Counted from the first letter of the stretch, positions 25,470 to 37,004 are shown. The stretch is DNA of 64,000 bases from Raillietiella orientalis (GCA_036172245.1 JAYWIR010000007.1:3038001-3102000), one strand, 5' to 3'. Numbers and translations: made by a program. The notes: a model not told the origin generated them from the sequence alone.

Positions 25470-26250
25470 TCAATCATCTGCTCCTTCAGCCTCCGCTGGC
25501 CGCGGTCTTTCTCGAAAAAATTTCAAAAACGGCGGTTCCGGTGATGGTTGGGTCCCCGGCCGCGCTTGAAAGGACTCACGCAGAGCGTCCTGGAACTCGG
25601 AAAAGAGTTGGAGGAAACGCCGGGAAGGAGTTTTTGCAGTGGAGATGTCGAGATTGAGTAATTCGCGCTCATCTTGGATCAATGGAACAGAAAGATCCGT
25701 TCATGTGCGGGTGCATAAGAGCTCCGCAGCACGGACGAGCCTCTAAAAGCATTTAATGGCACCTCGAAAGATTTCTCCACTCTTGCATGGACCAGTAATG
25801 GTCTCCCTTGCTCGACAGACCCAGCGCGGCCCAGCTTTTTTATTACGTTGGGAAATGCGCTCGGCAGCAACAGCACCCGGAAGTTTCCCTGATCCATCCA
25901 GGAAAACGCTCTGGGGTCGAGGATTGCATGATGATCCGAGAAGGTCCTGCGAGCCGACCACGTAATAATAATCTTCCGATGATGCAGTTCTCGCCTGAGC
26001 TTTGCAGCAAGTGGGAAACATCTAATCATCGCATTCGCAAGTCGTGCGCCATCCTTGGAAGGGTCCAGGTGAGTGTGGCCGCTGCTTTGACGGCTCCGCT
26101 CCGCAGCATGCATCTTCCTCCTCCAATCACGGGTTCCCTTGATGTGGGGCGATTACTGAGGCGCACACCGCGTTGCGAAATTGGAAATTGCATCTCTGCT
26201 TGCTGCGACGAGGAAATTACGTCAGGAATAATTTCCGATTCGCACTTGAG
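25470..26250 (-). pseudogene. Putative family H copy
   Basis: Overlapping broken ORFs 25470..25682, 25679..26113 and 25743..26021; SVFLD and ELLNLDI motifs weakly shared with the 3600-4350 and 12717-13350 copies. Confidence 0.4.
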
Positions 26251-26479
26251 AGCAGCAGGTTAGCAGGAGAGGGGAAAAAAAACAAAAAGGAAACAACAAA
26301 AAAAAAATCAAAAATGGCGATGCAGCTGCATTTTTTTTTTTTTTGGCTGTGCCTCTATTGTTCCAGAGTGAGAAAGGCTGCTGACTTATCTCAATGGGAA
26401 TTCTCAACGAAAAGGCAGGAGACGGAATCGCAATCCCCCAAAAAATGAAACAAAGGATGGGGAGGAAATATTCAGTCAC

Positions 26480-29400
26480 CTTCTATTGTAGTTTTTGTAT
26501 GGCTGTTATCTGCATGGTTTGCTCAAATGGCACTGAACAGTGGGTGATGCACTGAGGTCTTTTATTAGAAGCCTTGAGGAAAGCATGGATCTCATCATTC
26601 TGCTGAAGATAAGATCAACCGTTCAACTCATTCCAGATGATTCTAGATTAAGGAGACGAATGGCTCTCGGCGAGCCTTTCTCTCCACGGGCTTCCGAATC
26701 CCGTCTGCGTTTATCAAGGCAGACAGGAAGCATGCCAGTTGTAGGCAAGAGAACTGCTCCAAAAGTCTATCACGTGCTGTCCGCTGGCAAAAGAAGAGCA
26801 GCCAGCCATGTCTGTTGTCGCCAACGGCTCTATGGAGCAGCTCCGTGGACCCCTCCTCCTCCTCGTTTTCCCCTTCTTTGTAAAGATTTGCGGCATGTTC
26901 CTTCTCATCTTCTTCCCCTTCTCCGTTTGCTTAAGGGCACAAATTGGCTGGTGGTTTAGCGTCGTAGAGGAAATCTCCCATCTTCTAAAGCACGAAAGGC
27001 TCCAGGAGGGCAGTATGCAAATCAAGGATACCGTGCGGTCCTGCACTTGAAGATATCCACTCCTTCCAGGTCCAGACTGGAAGGATAGCAACTTAAGAAT
27101 CGCATCTCCTGCCGAATTTCCAAGGAACAGGACGTCCAGTCGATGCTGCCGTGTAATAGCAGGAAAAATCCGGGCTTGGGAAGAAACCAAAGAAACGAAA
27201 GAAATTCTTTTAGACAAGCAAAGAACCAGGGACCTCAGGTGCCGTCAAGACACGGTGGATTGTGCTGGAAGCGGGTTCCTTTGTCTTCATCGCTGGTGAA
27301 TTCCAAACCATCTATGGCTGCTTGCAAGGTGATGTTCCTGAAAGAGGGTGGTTTGAAGAAAAACTTCCCCTCCAAGGAAACACCATCGCAGAAGCTGACG
27401 ATTTCTTCTGCCCATTCTCCGAGTCTGATGCCGTGTATGACGAGACTGTTCCGAGATGAGCTTGCCGATGTCGGTCACGTTTTCTTGAAACGTCCTCCTC
27501 TCTGTGAAAACGTCTCCCTATTCATGAATCGCGAATTCCTCGAATCGATGGCGACCTAGAGGTTCGGCTCACAAGTCATCAACCAGTAATGTGGCGAAAG
27601 ACTTGAGTCCATTTACTTGCTGGGGACCATAATCTAGCTGCAAATTGTTGATCTCTCTGTCGGATGACAAGCCGTTCAAGAATGCGGTTTGTATCTGCGC
27701 GACCGTCGCGTTCTTCGTCCCCACGATACTCTCGAACTTCTCTTTAGAATTTGAGGCTCTCGCAGGCTGACGAAGAAATTCAGGAAACCGATGTCTTCTA
27801 CCCCGTCTAGGGATCCCGCTATCACCAAACTCTAGAAGTGGAAGTCTTCTAATGCAACATGACCGGTGAGCATGGCTTTCTGATCATCAAACCAGGAGCC
27901 GCTTTCAATTTCCGCTAGGCCGAACCCATTAAGAGTGTCCCTGACGTCGAGCACGTCATCAAATTTGGCGGAACCGGCAATCGTCACGAATGGCAAAAAT
28001 TCTTGATGAGCAGCGAGGATTCTTGTACGAAGCACGAACGTTGCATGACTTCCTGATTCCGGGCTTGCACGAATTCAGCTACATCTTGTAATTCCTTTGA
28101 CGAACTCGAACGTGCTTCCCACAAAAGTGCGCCCTTTGAAGACGTGCTTGCTAGAGCTCCAGAAGTGACTGATTGATTTCCGGACTTTGTGGGGAAGAAG
28201 ATGAGGAAGTGACAAGTGATTTGGAGTGGCGATCCCAAACCCACTGGCATCACTTTCCCATGCCTCCAGCTGCTTGGCTCATGGAAATCACTGATCCCCG
28301 AGGACACCAGCAGCAGACACGTGAGACCCATGCGGAATAAGGAGCCGCAGATCCTCGTGAAATTCCGGAGTTCGCCACTTTTATCCTTGAGGCAATTGGT
28401 AGTGACAGCAGAAATGTTTCATCAAAATGGAGTCACTTCGAGTCGCGAGGTACAAGCATGCGTTCGTCGTGGACCAGGAAACCAGCCGGAATCCTTTTCT
28501 CCAAGAGACCCATTCAGAAACCTCATTATTTTACAGCAGCATCCGTCATGCTGAGAAGTGTGTGGAGCACTTTCTGAACGTGGCGGTACCTACGGACCAG
28601 GCATTTTTCATTCTCTGGACGTCACGCGGGTGCAGTCCCAACCTGAAGCAGACCCATCGGAGCTCTCGCTTTATGGACCGAGCTTTCTTTCTCTTCGTAA
28701 ATCATGCCGCTCGTATTGGATTTCCCTAGTGAAAACAAGCAGTTAGCGTCTCAGAAAGAGAATCGGAGCTCTTTCTTTTCGGTGTGGAGATCTCTTTCGA
28801 GGGGCTAGCAACATCCTTCCGCGATGCATATCTTGGGATGCTGACTTGTAACGTCATGAATGAGAGGAAGGCGCTAGCAGGCACTTTTTGTTCAGTTTCT
28901 CGTTCATTTGGAAATGGCATGTATAGGTATGAAGAAGGAAATTCTTCAGGAACCTCCTTTGATCATGACGCGCAAACCATGAGAATGGTTCCGACGATGG
29001 AGTTGCATTTCTCAAGATCTCCCTCATCTTTCCTTGAGTCCACGAAACAACCGCCTTAACCGGGAGGGAGAAGGATTTCCCACTTTTCTTGGTAGAGTCA
29101 AATCTCTGCTGCCTTCCGGTGAGCACCCTTCATAGCTTTGTTTCCTCTGCTCTCTATTCCGTATTCTTGCGGAAGCGACTGTGCAGCATCTGTGCCGCCG
29201 TCTCGACGTTCCAAGAGCAGTTTCCATTTGACTAGAGCTCAAAGGATTCCTTGAACTCTTTCATGCTTGCATGGACCAGAAATGCTTTTTCTTAAGACAG
29301 AGCAACTGCATTGCTTTCTTTCGATCAATGTCCGGTCGGTTTTCCTTCTTTGTGGAACGTCTTTGAATTCCGAAATCAATCTGAAGAGTGGAACCACGGG

Positions 29401-29700
29401 CGATTGCTCTGCCCTTCAAGCCTTTCCCCTCCTTATCACAAGGACGCAGACAGATAGGGCAAATGCATCTTGGCAAAAAGGAATACCTTGAGCAGCACAA
29501 GCTTTGGACTCCCACAAGTGAAACTCTCTATAGATTTAAAGATCACACGAGTGAAGTGGCACCTCATCCAAACCATCAGTTTCTTCCTTGTAAAATATAC
29601 TGATACTTTCGCAGGACCCATATATTTCACTTTTTAGACGTCAGACACGGAACTTCTGGAAGCACTTCAAAGATCTGGAAAGATTTTATGACGAAGGAAG
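26480..29700 (-). pseudogene. Family G copy (longest, ~3.2 kb, about 1000 aa if repaired)
   Basis: Continuous protein-like frames joined by frameshifts. Contains GKMREIL, KVLHTL, AKFDDVLDVRD, QTAFLNGLSS, LDLEG and DGRFPLR, each shared with another G copy. Confidence 0.7.
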
Positions 29701-30019
29701 ACAAAGAAAAAAATCCCATAAAACGCTTCCATGATATACACCAAAAAAACACTAGGTCTGTAAAAGGGAAAAGAAATTATCCATCATTTTCTATCCTAGC
29801 TAGAGGCTTCCGATGCTGCAGCTTCACCCGAGTGTCGTTTTCCTAAAGACAATCCTCTCCTACTCTGAAACCTTACGGGCTGTCACTTTCAGCATCTTTC
29901 ATACTTCGTGTTGGTTCTGATGTTTTCAGATTGCAGTTTTAAATTGATCAGTTGTCAGTATGGAAATTATCGTAATAATCAGTCGAAGTCAACGAAATGT
30001 CTGCATGACTTGCAAGCTG

Positions 30020-31250
30020 TGGACTACTTCACTGGGTGCATCGTCATTATTAACGTTTGTTCTATCCGGTAGACTGAGACCAAGGCATTCTCTTGTATCA
30101 TTAGACTCCCATGTTCGTTTGCTTCCCCGCTAGGCAGGCTTAAGCACCCTTGATATTTTCCTGATAGTAAAGTTAATGAATTTCCAATCCATCTCCTCGA
30201 AGACTCTAAGCCCTCTGGTAATGCACCAGATTCAGGAAGTGGAAGGTTCTCATGCCATCCATTTCTGTCGTGGGAAGAGCCCAAGAGGAAGCGCGGAAGT
30301 GCTGATGCTTTGATGGGTCTGTAGGAAGTGTTTTAAGGCCAACCAACTTTTCCAAATACTTTTAGGTTGACGAAACCGAAGGGAAGGAATAGCTTTTCCT
30401 TTTATGAAGAATATTGTATTTCTGGAATCTCTTGGTTGTTTTGTGGCAAAGTATAAGGTGGTTCATTTGCCGGGATCCATTATGAGTCTGGTATCGATAC
30501 ATAATCCCTCAATCATTCGGAGACGTTAGTGCAATCCAACTTCTCATTCTACAAAGGGGATTAGGTCATCTGCGTTTACAAAGAACTCCACCAGCTTGAG
30601 GGGGATGAACTCCATGCTAACAGGAGCCAGGAACTTATTTTTCATCCCCGCTTCACTCCCCTTAACAATTGTATGTTTCTTGTCTTTTGGGGAATCCTTC
30701 TGGATCCAACTATGCAACTCTGATTAAGAATATGAAGAAGAACTCACCATCTCCACTCTCGCACAGGGTACCGTGCAAAAGTTTGAGGGGACCGACATGA
30801 AGACATCAGCCAGTGAAAGCCATTTTACCAATATATTACAGAAAGCTCTCCATACAGGGTCATGCGGTTCCCATTCCTCATGAAGATTCGTAGCAGTAAA
30901 ACTTTCCTTCTAAAGCTTTAGTGAGAAACTTTCCATGTGATTGCGCGTTCTTGGGTCTCCAATTTCGCATTAAAAATTTTAGGGTTTTAAAGTATTATTT
31001 CCAGAAATTTTGAATATTCCTTCTAAATATGCCAGCACATTGCAAGAAAAAGACAACATAAAATACCTAACGAACTTTTTGAAAATTTGCAGCTTCTCGA
31101 GGTACTCTGGCCACTGCAGAAACAGCCTCCGTTTCCTTAAGCTTCCTCCAGTGTGGCGTTCCCACTTGCAACAGCTAAATGTCTCAATACTTGATGGTGG
31201 CAAACTAAGAAACAGAGCCAACATAGATGGGAAATTTCAATGACCTACGT
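30020..31250 (-). pseudogene. Family D copy
   Basis: LRKRRLFLQWP and KESFTATNLHEEWEPHDP; compare LRKKVATLRVP (~16540), KESFIP (~2600) and EEWEAPYDP (~13900). Confidence 0.55.
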
Positions 31251-32059
31251 GAGCAGTAACACTGGGACATGGGAACAGACTGCAATCGGAGATGTATGAC
31301 GTAGCCACTGTGAAGCAACAAACGTATAGAGTGCAAAGTATAAAGAGGAGGAGATGAAAAGTTATGTCCAGCCTCACATTTAGAGACGTAGTCACACTCT
31401 GTGATGTAGACAATTTAGGACTGAGATCAAGAACTCAATGACTCCATATTGATGTAACAGACTGTTTTGAGAAGAAATCATCATCTGCTTTCGAGATGAG
31501 GCAGATTAGAGCAGTAATTTAAACAAACCAGAAGAAGCATTTAGCGGGGTGCTTACAAATTCCATCCCATCTCTGCCGGTTTCTTTGTGGTTCATTCTCC
31601 AGTTGTGCCTTTTCGTTGTTTAGAAACTTTCATCAGGAAACACTGGATAACTCCTGAACGCGAAGCTACATGATTCATTAACTTATCCTTTCAAATTTCT
31701 AAAGTGCTAAACTCTATAAAATCCATAATTTTAGGGAAATATCACTTCAGCAGGATCGTGTGTTTGTAAGTGAACCAAAATGGAAAACAGAATGAGTGAA
31801 AAAAGAATTTTTTTTTTGCATCCGGAACCGTGGACCGCATTTTGCTTCGAAAAACTCGCCAAACCTTTTTTTTTTTTTTGCTGACAGGACATTTCGATTA
31901 AATGAAGAATTCTTATCTCACGATTCTGGCAAATAAGCTGAAGCAAATCCTCATCAAGAAGTCGCTGAAATCAGCTTTCACTTGAAATTACTGCTGTCCA
32001 GGCAGTAAAGGACTATGCGATAAGCAAATTGAAACTCACATTAGATGAATCTATTTAGT

Positions 32060-32800
32060 AGTATGTGCATGTAAAATCACAAATGAACGCTATGCTTCAG
32101 TAAACTTCCTAGATATTTTTCTAGCAAATGCTGGAAGTACAGCTGTTTTCTTCGTGGAAATGTTCTTTTTTACGTAGCAGACGTGGCACAGAATTCGCAA
32201 CGTGTTTTGTAAGCTGTCACATGAAAGACATGAGAAAACGCTACATAAAAAGCCCATGTGGCCATGCGATGGTAACAGCATGCTCCAAGCCTAGGGAGCG
32301 TCCTCGTGTACGCAATGGGAATATTCCAATGAAGCTGATACACGGACTTCATGTAAAGAATCACAAATATAACTCACAACTGTACACAGCGAGTCTGTGA
32401 AGCTACAAACAGAGGGTACATATGCATTGCGCAGATCGTGTCAGTTTAGATTCAAACTAAAGGTCTTCCCCGTCGAAGGCCGTGTCGTTACGGTGGTCTC
32501 CGCGCGTGGCACCATGCGTCGTGGGTTAGAATACTCCGAAGGAATCGACGCAGTGCGTCGTGGGTTCCGAGTTCACCCCACAAGATGACGCTGGCTGGCC
32601 TACATTCATCCGGGTGCGGCACTGGTAGCGGTTGAAACCGTACGCCGCCGATGAGGGCCGGGACAAATGGGAGTCGACCTCCGGGTCCTTCCAGGAATCA
32701 CGGAGTGGGAGCTCCCCTCCGGTTGTGAAGGAACCGGAGTTTGCTACCCACACATATGAGATAGCCTTGATGGTGTGGCACTTCTTGCAAGCGGGTGACA
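32060..32800 (-). pseudogene. Family A copy (3' part)
   Basis: SFTTGGE (FTTG 32718-32729), DSWKDP, VPRAET; ggtctccgcgcgtggcacca is identical to the sequence at ~8416-8435. Confidence 0.7.
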
Positions 32801-32879
32801 TTTTGTGATGAACCAAAACTTCAACTACTAAGAGGAATCGCATACCGAGACTCAACGACCGAACAGCCATATCTCACGA

Positions 32880-34500
32880 AAGAGCACGACGGTGGCGGTT
32901 CGGGTTATCCATGGATCCGTAGTGGAAACCTCCCATCATTGAAAGGACAGTGCCCGCCATCACGCACGTGGATATGTCAGAGAGATGTCTGCTGTCATCG
33001 CTTTCAGGAACCTCACTTCTCAGAAGAGTGAATGGCCCTACTTTAACCACTTAGTGAGGGCAGCACTGCTGGCACGGATTTTTCTGAGAGACTGATTGGT
33101 CAAGGTGGGCTGGCATTGGTCTGCCACGGACCGAACTTGACTGCATTCTATGCCCATAGCGCGAACCCATCTTTAGATGACAGAATGAGGGCTACTGTTT
33201 AACTAGATATGACCCAAAGCACAAGGACTTGCAATAGAACGCAGTTTCATTGGTCTTTGGAAAACGTCGGACTAGAAAAAAGTGCTCACCTGGAAATTGC
33301 ACTTCAAAAGCGTACTGTACCTAGAATCAGTAGAAGCACATGTTGACTAGTTGTCTTGACTTCAAAATGCCATTGATGTTCATCCTGCGAAATCCAGGGT
33401 GAGTTCCTTTCCGATTTCAATCTGGCTTGGATCTGAAACTGAAGGGGAAAAAGAGGACGTTTGCATAACTGGAGTCTGGCAAGGATGGGGGAAAGGAATG
33501 GTCTGCAGGCTGTTCCAGCACATAAAGGCAGAAAGCGTGGTAGGACACGTCGTTGTTAGAGGCTCTTAACCAAACGGCGGAAATGCTTCCTCTCTTGTTT
33601 CCTCAACTCTCATTTTCATCAGTAGAGGAAGCCCTGTTATCTCGGAGGGCCACTTTCACCTGGATTAATGGTCCGCTCACGAAAGTCAAGTCTAGACCTG
33701 AAGGTTTTCAGGCTCCCTGAGGAGTCGACAGATCCATGAAGGAGCCTAGTTTACATTTTTCTCGAGCGATGGTCGAAGCAGGGTTTTCAGTGCAAGTGTC
33801 GCTTATATATCGGTATTCAAGGTCACCCCTTCTTGCTTGTTCTCTCGAAGTGCAAATAGTCGCTCTCTCTCCCGGAGAAATTTCTCCGGAAGGTATGTGG
33901 TGGCAGAGCACAGAGCTCTATCGGATGGGAGCATGCAGTTGGTCCCCCTTACGAGCATCATTAGCGGAGGCAGGTACCCATTCTGGAAGGCTTCCATCCT
34001 CGGATAAAGAAAGACGTGAATGCCAGATCTATTGGAGGTGATCGTGCTCCTCTTGGAGTCTTCTTCCGTCGGACGTGAATGGGGCAGCGGTTGCCACGTT
34101 CTCTAAGCCTCGAGAGCCCTTTCTTACCTTGGAACCGTTTCAACTACGATTTTGGTATCACTATGTGACCAACAGAGGGAGGTTCACACGACTTTTTGGT
34201 GAGAAGGTACTTAGCAACATGCAGATTGTGATCTTCCGCCGCTACATTTCAAGAACTTTTATAGGGATCTCGGACGCGAAATCACTTCTGGAATTTTCCT
34301 TCTACCATCCGTATCCTTGACGTGCATCCGTCTTGAGGTCATTTGCGTCTGAACTAACCTTCCGAAAGTGGGACTGCATGTGTTGCAGCTGTCCCACCTT
34401 TGGGATCAGTCACGAGTGTCCACTGTCTCTGCCCCTTCCTTTTGGCGACGACAGTCAGAAGAGCGTTCTGGGTCAGGATGAGCAAGTAGAAGTATCTTCA
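32880..34500 (-). pseudogene. Family G copy (C-terminal half)
   Basis: DGRFPLR (32917-32937) identical to 26962-26982 with 3 synonymous differences; GKFQK*FRVRD vs AKFDDVLDVRD; EAFQNG vs TAFLNG. Confidence 0.65.
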
Positions 34501-34619
34501 GCCTCATTGTCTTGAAGGTGTTGAGGAGGAAGGAGAGGGATGGCACTAGCCCTGCGTCCGTAGCAGCGAGTAAGACAGCAAAGGAATTTGCTGGACCGGC
34601 TGATGCTTTGGGCTTTTTT

Positions 34620-35420
34620 TTCCGGCTGTGTTTCGGTATGCAGCATCATGCAGAGGCGATCGTCCTACCTTTTTCATGCTCCCTTCGACGCATAATTCTA
34701 GCTGAGTTTCGATCTGACCTGCCAAGAATCGATTTCCGAGGAAAACCTAGCAATGTCTTGGGTTCCTCTCGAATATTCCCCGGATGTCGCCTGCCACGTT
34801 TGCAATCACTTTCGCCCACGGAAAAGGTGGCACCCCCTGGCATCTTCCTGAGCGGTGGTTGTTTTCCGATCTCGTTTGCTCTGCCTCTCATCCTAGAAGC
34901 AGACTCCTTGCTTTCCGGAAGTTGCAGGGAGAAAATCCTCTTGGAACCAGGGCTCGGACGCTTTGAGGGAACGCCTGCGAACAGGAACGAAATAAACCGG
35001 AAGGAAACCTGAGAACTGAGGGGACGAGTAGCAGCTGGACAGTGGATGAATCCCACGGTGTGAACCGAGGGAAGGGATAGTTCTGCTGCAGAGCAGTGGC
35101 CAGGAGTATTCCAGTAGGACAGGAAAAGAGGGAGGAGCGCACCTGCATCCAGGACAGTCGAAAAGGGGCTCGTCAACGAAAGCAGGGAAGAAAGCGCGCG
35201 GGAACCTTTCCCTCTTCCCTTACCAGACAGTCGTGGTGTTACTTGGGCAGATGGGTCTGGAAGGTCATCCTTAGGGTATATCCTGCTCTCTCCCCAAATC
35301 GAACAGCTAAGAGAGCCCGAACACATTCTGGACCGTCAGAACTCCTGCCGCTTGCTGCTGGCCCTTCTTCCGAAGCGATGCGGCAACCGATCCAGGATTT
35401 CCGCGCCGAAGAAGCAGGGA
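34620..35420 (-). pseudogene. Family B copy (ORF 34646..35326)
   Basis: PGHCS and REEPKTLLGFPRKSILGRS motifs; preceded by a T-rich tract and a C copy. Confidence 0.6.
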
Positions 35421-35789
35421 GGTAGCGGAAAGGGATGAATCGACCGGCGCGGCGCCGCTCGTTTCCTCGCGTTGCCTTCCTGCTTCCCAGGGTTTCCTTT
35501 TTCTCCTCCTCCCGCACGGGGAAGCGAGGGGAGAGGGAAAAAAAAAAAAAAACTCCCGTGCTCGTGGCCCGAGACTGTGAACTCCCCGTCAAGAAGCGTG
35601 TACTCGAAAAGAAATCCTCTCCCCTCCCTTATCCCATTCTTCCCCTTCCACAGCACTGACCACCCCTTCTCTCCCATTCCAGTTGCGCGATGCCCATCAG
35701 CACATGAAAGCTGATCCTCCCGATCAAATCTATCCATTTGGCATCTCACCATACGTATCCCTCCACGGAGACTAACGTCCGCAAGTCGG

Positions 35790-36370
35790 GTTAAGGGTTC
35801 CCCTCCCCCGCTTCCCTCTTCACTTCTCCGTTGTGAAGATGCCTCGTTCTCCATCTGGTGTCTACTGCTAAATGGTCTGGAGAGGGTACTGAAGGGGCAC
35901 ACACGCTTCTCTTGTGAGAGGAACGTCCGAAGCGACCGCAAAATTCAAGATGGCCGCGCTGTCGCTCACGACTGGAGTCCAGGTCTGTGCGGGAGGTCAC
36001 CATGAGCGCGCGCGATAACGACGCGGGAGCACCAGGGAAGGAGCGGAAACACACATCGCTCACGAATCGGAGCGCGGGATGCCCAAGGGGCAGCTGCTCA
36101 GGATGGGGAGGCTCCATAGCTCTTTCACAGTGGAAGTTTCGCGAAAAGTCCGAGATCTCCTTCTCCGCTTGCTGCTCTCCCACCGCGGGTCACTTGCGGT
36201 CACGGAACGTCCGAAACCAGGAGGTGTAAGCACCCTTCCATGCGAGACCAGCGCAGCCCAAGTGTTCCAGAAACTTGATCTCTTCACAACCTCTCAGTGC
36301 GAGATGCCGACGAGCCCGGCAACTGAAACCCCTCAACCAGGCTCACTTTGTTGTTGCGCACGTTTCCATG
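35790..36370 (-). pseudogene. Putative family C copy
   Basis: SDVCFRSFPGAPASLSRAL...RQRGHLEF vs RDVFKR...LPAASLAA...TRWLHLRV; sits upstream of B like the other C copies. Confidence 0.45.
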
Positions 36371-36973
36371 GTGGAGGGACTTTCCCCCTAATTTTAATTT
36401 TAATTTTCCAAACGTGGTGCGCGGTTTTAAGCCTAAGAGCAGCGCATGCGCAGCTAGGGGAATTTAAAAATATTCTGAAGTATGGGTGTCGTATGGATTC
36501 CTGGAAGGGATAGGTAATAGGATGAATGTGTTCTGTACTCTCCAAGAACTCTTTTTACACTTGTGTACACAACGAGGACATGTCTCTGACTGATGAAATC
36601 TTTAGACACTCTCGTGAATATGGTAGGTGTTTACGCTGTACATGATTGATAAATCGAAGATTGCAAAAAAGATATTACCAAAAAGATGTGTTTTTAATTG
36701 TTCCGTGTGTTGTAAGTTGAAGCTTTGTTTGTTTGTTTCTCTTGCATGGAGTGTTTGTTTTTTTTTAAAAAAAAATAAATAAATAAAGGAAAGGCAAATG
36801 TGATGCTGGTGGAAATGCGAGAAGTTCGAATTTTTGCGATGCGTTTCCATGTATTTCGTGTTTTCACGTCGCTTGGGAACGGCATATGAACTTTGAGGTC
36901 CCATGTGGCTGAACGGCTTTGTATTTTTCGTAGAAGCATTCAGAATAGAATTCTTTGAGTGTGCTATCAGGGA

Positions 36974-36974
<1 letters not shown>

Positions 36975-37004
<30 letters not shown>

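Noticed and set aside
32530..32560. HCVDSFG as an adenain/Polinton protease motif
   Set aside because: It is absent from the other A copies, lies in a locally duplicated patch, and has no downstream Q..CG motif.
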